In this document: one piece after another, positions 63,501 to 64,000 of the stretch
How the letters are laid out: each line of letters begins with the position of its first letter
Numbering within the stretch: the stretch's first letter is position 1
Source: Eledone cirrhosa
Taxonomy: Eukaryota
Direction: 5' to 3'
DNA length: 64,000 nucleotides
NCBI GenBank assembly: GCA_964016885.1
Contig: OZ024741.1
Span: forward strand, 246,450,001-246,514,000
Position numbers and translations under genes: made by a program
The notes under the pieces: generated by a model
What the model was told of the DNA's origin: nothing
The model's database searches: none
What the model saw: only the letters and a program-made list of their open reading frames with translations

Positions 63501-64000
63501 AATTATCTCCCCTTGGAAGGCTGGAAATTATCTCCCCTTGGCTGGAAATTATCTCCCCTTGGACGGCTAGAAATTATCTCTCTTTGGACGGCTGGAAATT
63601 ATCACCCCTTGAGTTTTTTACAAATTATCTCCCCCTGATTTTTTTTACAAATCTCCCAGTGATTTTAAAAAAAAAATTATCTTCCCTTCGCTGGCTGGAA
63701 ATTATCTCCCCTTGGACGCTGGAAATTATAGCCCCTTGGAGGGCTGGAAATTATCTTCCCTTGGACGGCTGGAAATTATCTCCCCTTGATTTTTTTTACA
63801 AATTATCTCCCCCTGATTTTTTTTTACAAATTATCTCCCCCTGATTTTTTTTTACAAATTATCTCCCCCTGATTTTTTTTTAGAAATTATCTACCCCTGA
63901 TTTTTTTTTACAAATTATCTCCCCCTGATTTTTTTTTACAAATTATCTACCCCTGATTTTTTTTACAAATTATCTCCCCCTGATTTTTTTTACAAATTAT
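60580..64000 (+). repeat. Dispersed copy of about 47173-50593 (offset 13407; offset 8200 from the 52-55 kb copy)
   Basis: ORF ends 47306/60713 and 47472/60879; ORF starts 47902/61309 and 50177/63584; TAGAAATTATCTACCCC at 50474 and 63881. Confidence 0.92.

Larger units (their letters stand above)
1..64000 (+). repeat. Composite two-monomer satellite array (A 25 bp, B 26-30 bp, shared core AAATTATCTCCCC), head-to-tail, running off both window edges
   Basis: The core or a close variant recurs every 21-30 bp from the first line to the last, always in the same orientation. I saw no unique sequence. Confidence 0.99.

Noticed and set aside
34-63844. Numerous plus-strand ORFs of 60-248 aa (for example 4752-5498, 2862-3476, 12582-13175)
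   Set aside because: These are repeat artefacts. Canonical A has no stop in any plus frame and cycles through LDGWKLSPLGRLEIISPWTAGNYLP. B has one TGA, and its T7-T11 tract shifts frame freely. Starts are mostly TTG from the repeat, and overlapping frames give the same peptides. The minus strand has no ORFs because the core reads GATAA, placing TAA in rotating frames.
1-64000. CRISPR-like appearance (constant core with variable intervening sequence)
   Set aside because: The core is only 13-16 bp. The intervening parts are 8-17 bp and fall into two repeated classes rather than unique spacers. There is no leader and no cas gene.
1-64000. Direct synthesis by telomerase or another reverse transcriptase using two templates
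   Set aside because: Point variants and T-tract lengths are inherited in register across multi-kb copies, which indicates DNA-level duplication. Templated addition would reset units to consensus. The units match no telomere motif I recognise.
1-64000. Giant repetitive protein under a TGA=Trp code or by programmed frameshifting at T tracts
   Set aside because: TAA in the TnAm junctions and TAG in GCTAGA variants persist. Unit lengths of 21-30 bp show no preference for multiples of three, and there is no non-repetitive domain.
1-64000. A/B run lengths as an information-bearing code
   Set aside because: The order is adequately explained by duplication and deletion of a few cassettes, and nothing in the window suggests a reader or writer.
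1-64000. Assignment to a species, named satellite family or centromere
   Set aside because: I do not recognise the monomers and saw no CENP-B box or other diagnostic motif. This needs database searches and chromatin data.

Overview
The whole 64 kb is one uninterrupted head-to-tail satellite DNA array, roughly 2,400 monomers estimated from a mean unit of about 26.5 bp. I see no credible genes, RNA genes, CRISPR array, transposon insertion or inversion. Two monomer classes share a 13-bp core, AAATTATCTCCCC. Type A is TTGGACGGCTGG+core (25 bp, 52% GC). Type B is CTGA-T(7-11)-AC+core (26-30 bp, about 30% GC). Runs of A (1-11 units) alternate with runs of B (about 2-15 units). Junctions between runs follow near-fixed rules, and a small vocabulary of variant-marked cassettes is reshuffled into nested higher-order repeats with offsets of about 0.4, 0.8, 1.6, 1.9, 2.6, 3.1, 5.1-5.2 and 5.9 kb, plus dispersed copies up to about 39 kb apart. 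All listed ORFs are translation artefacts of the repeat. I do not recognise the satellite family or the organism; eukaryotic heterochromatin (centromeric, pericentromeric or subtelomeric) is the most likely setting, but that is inference. The sequence supports an unusual repeat architecture and mutational pattern, not a demonstrable new functional system. Duplication boundaries are approximate: they were read by eye, and the offsets come from the ORF track and diagnostic variants.
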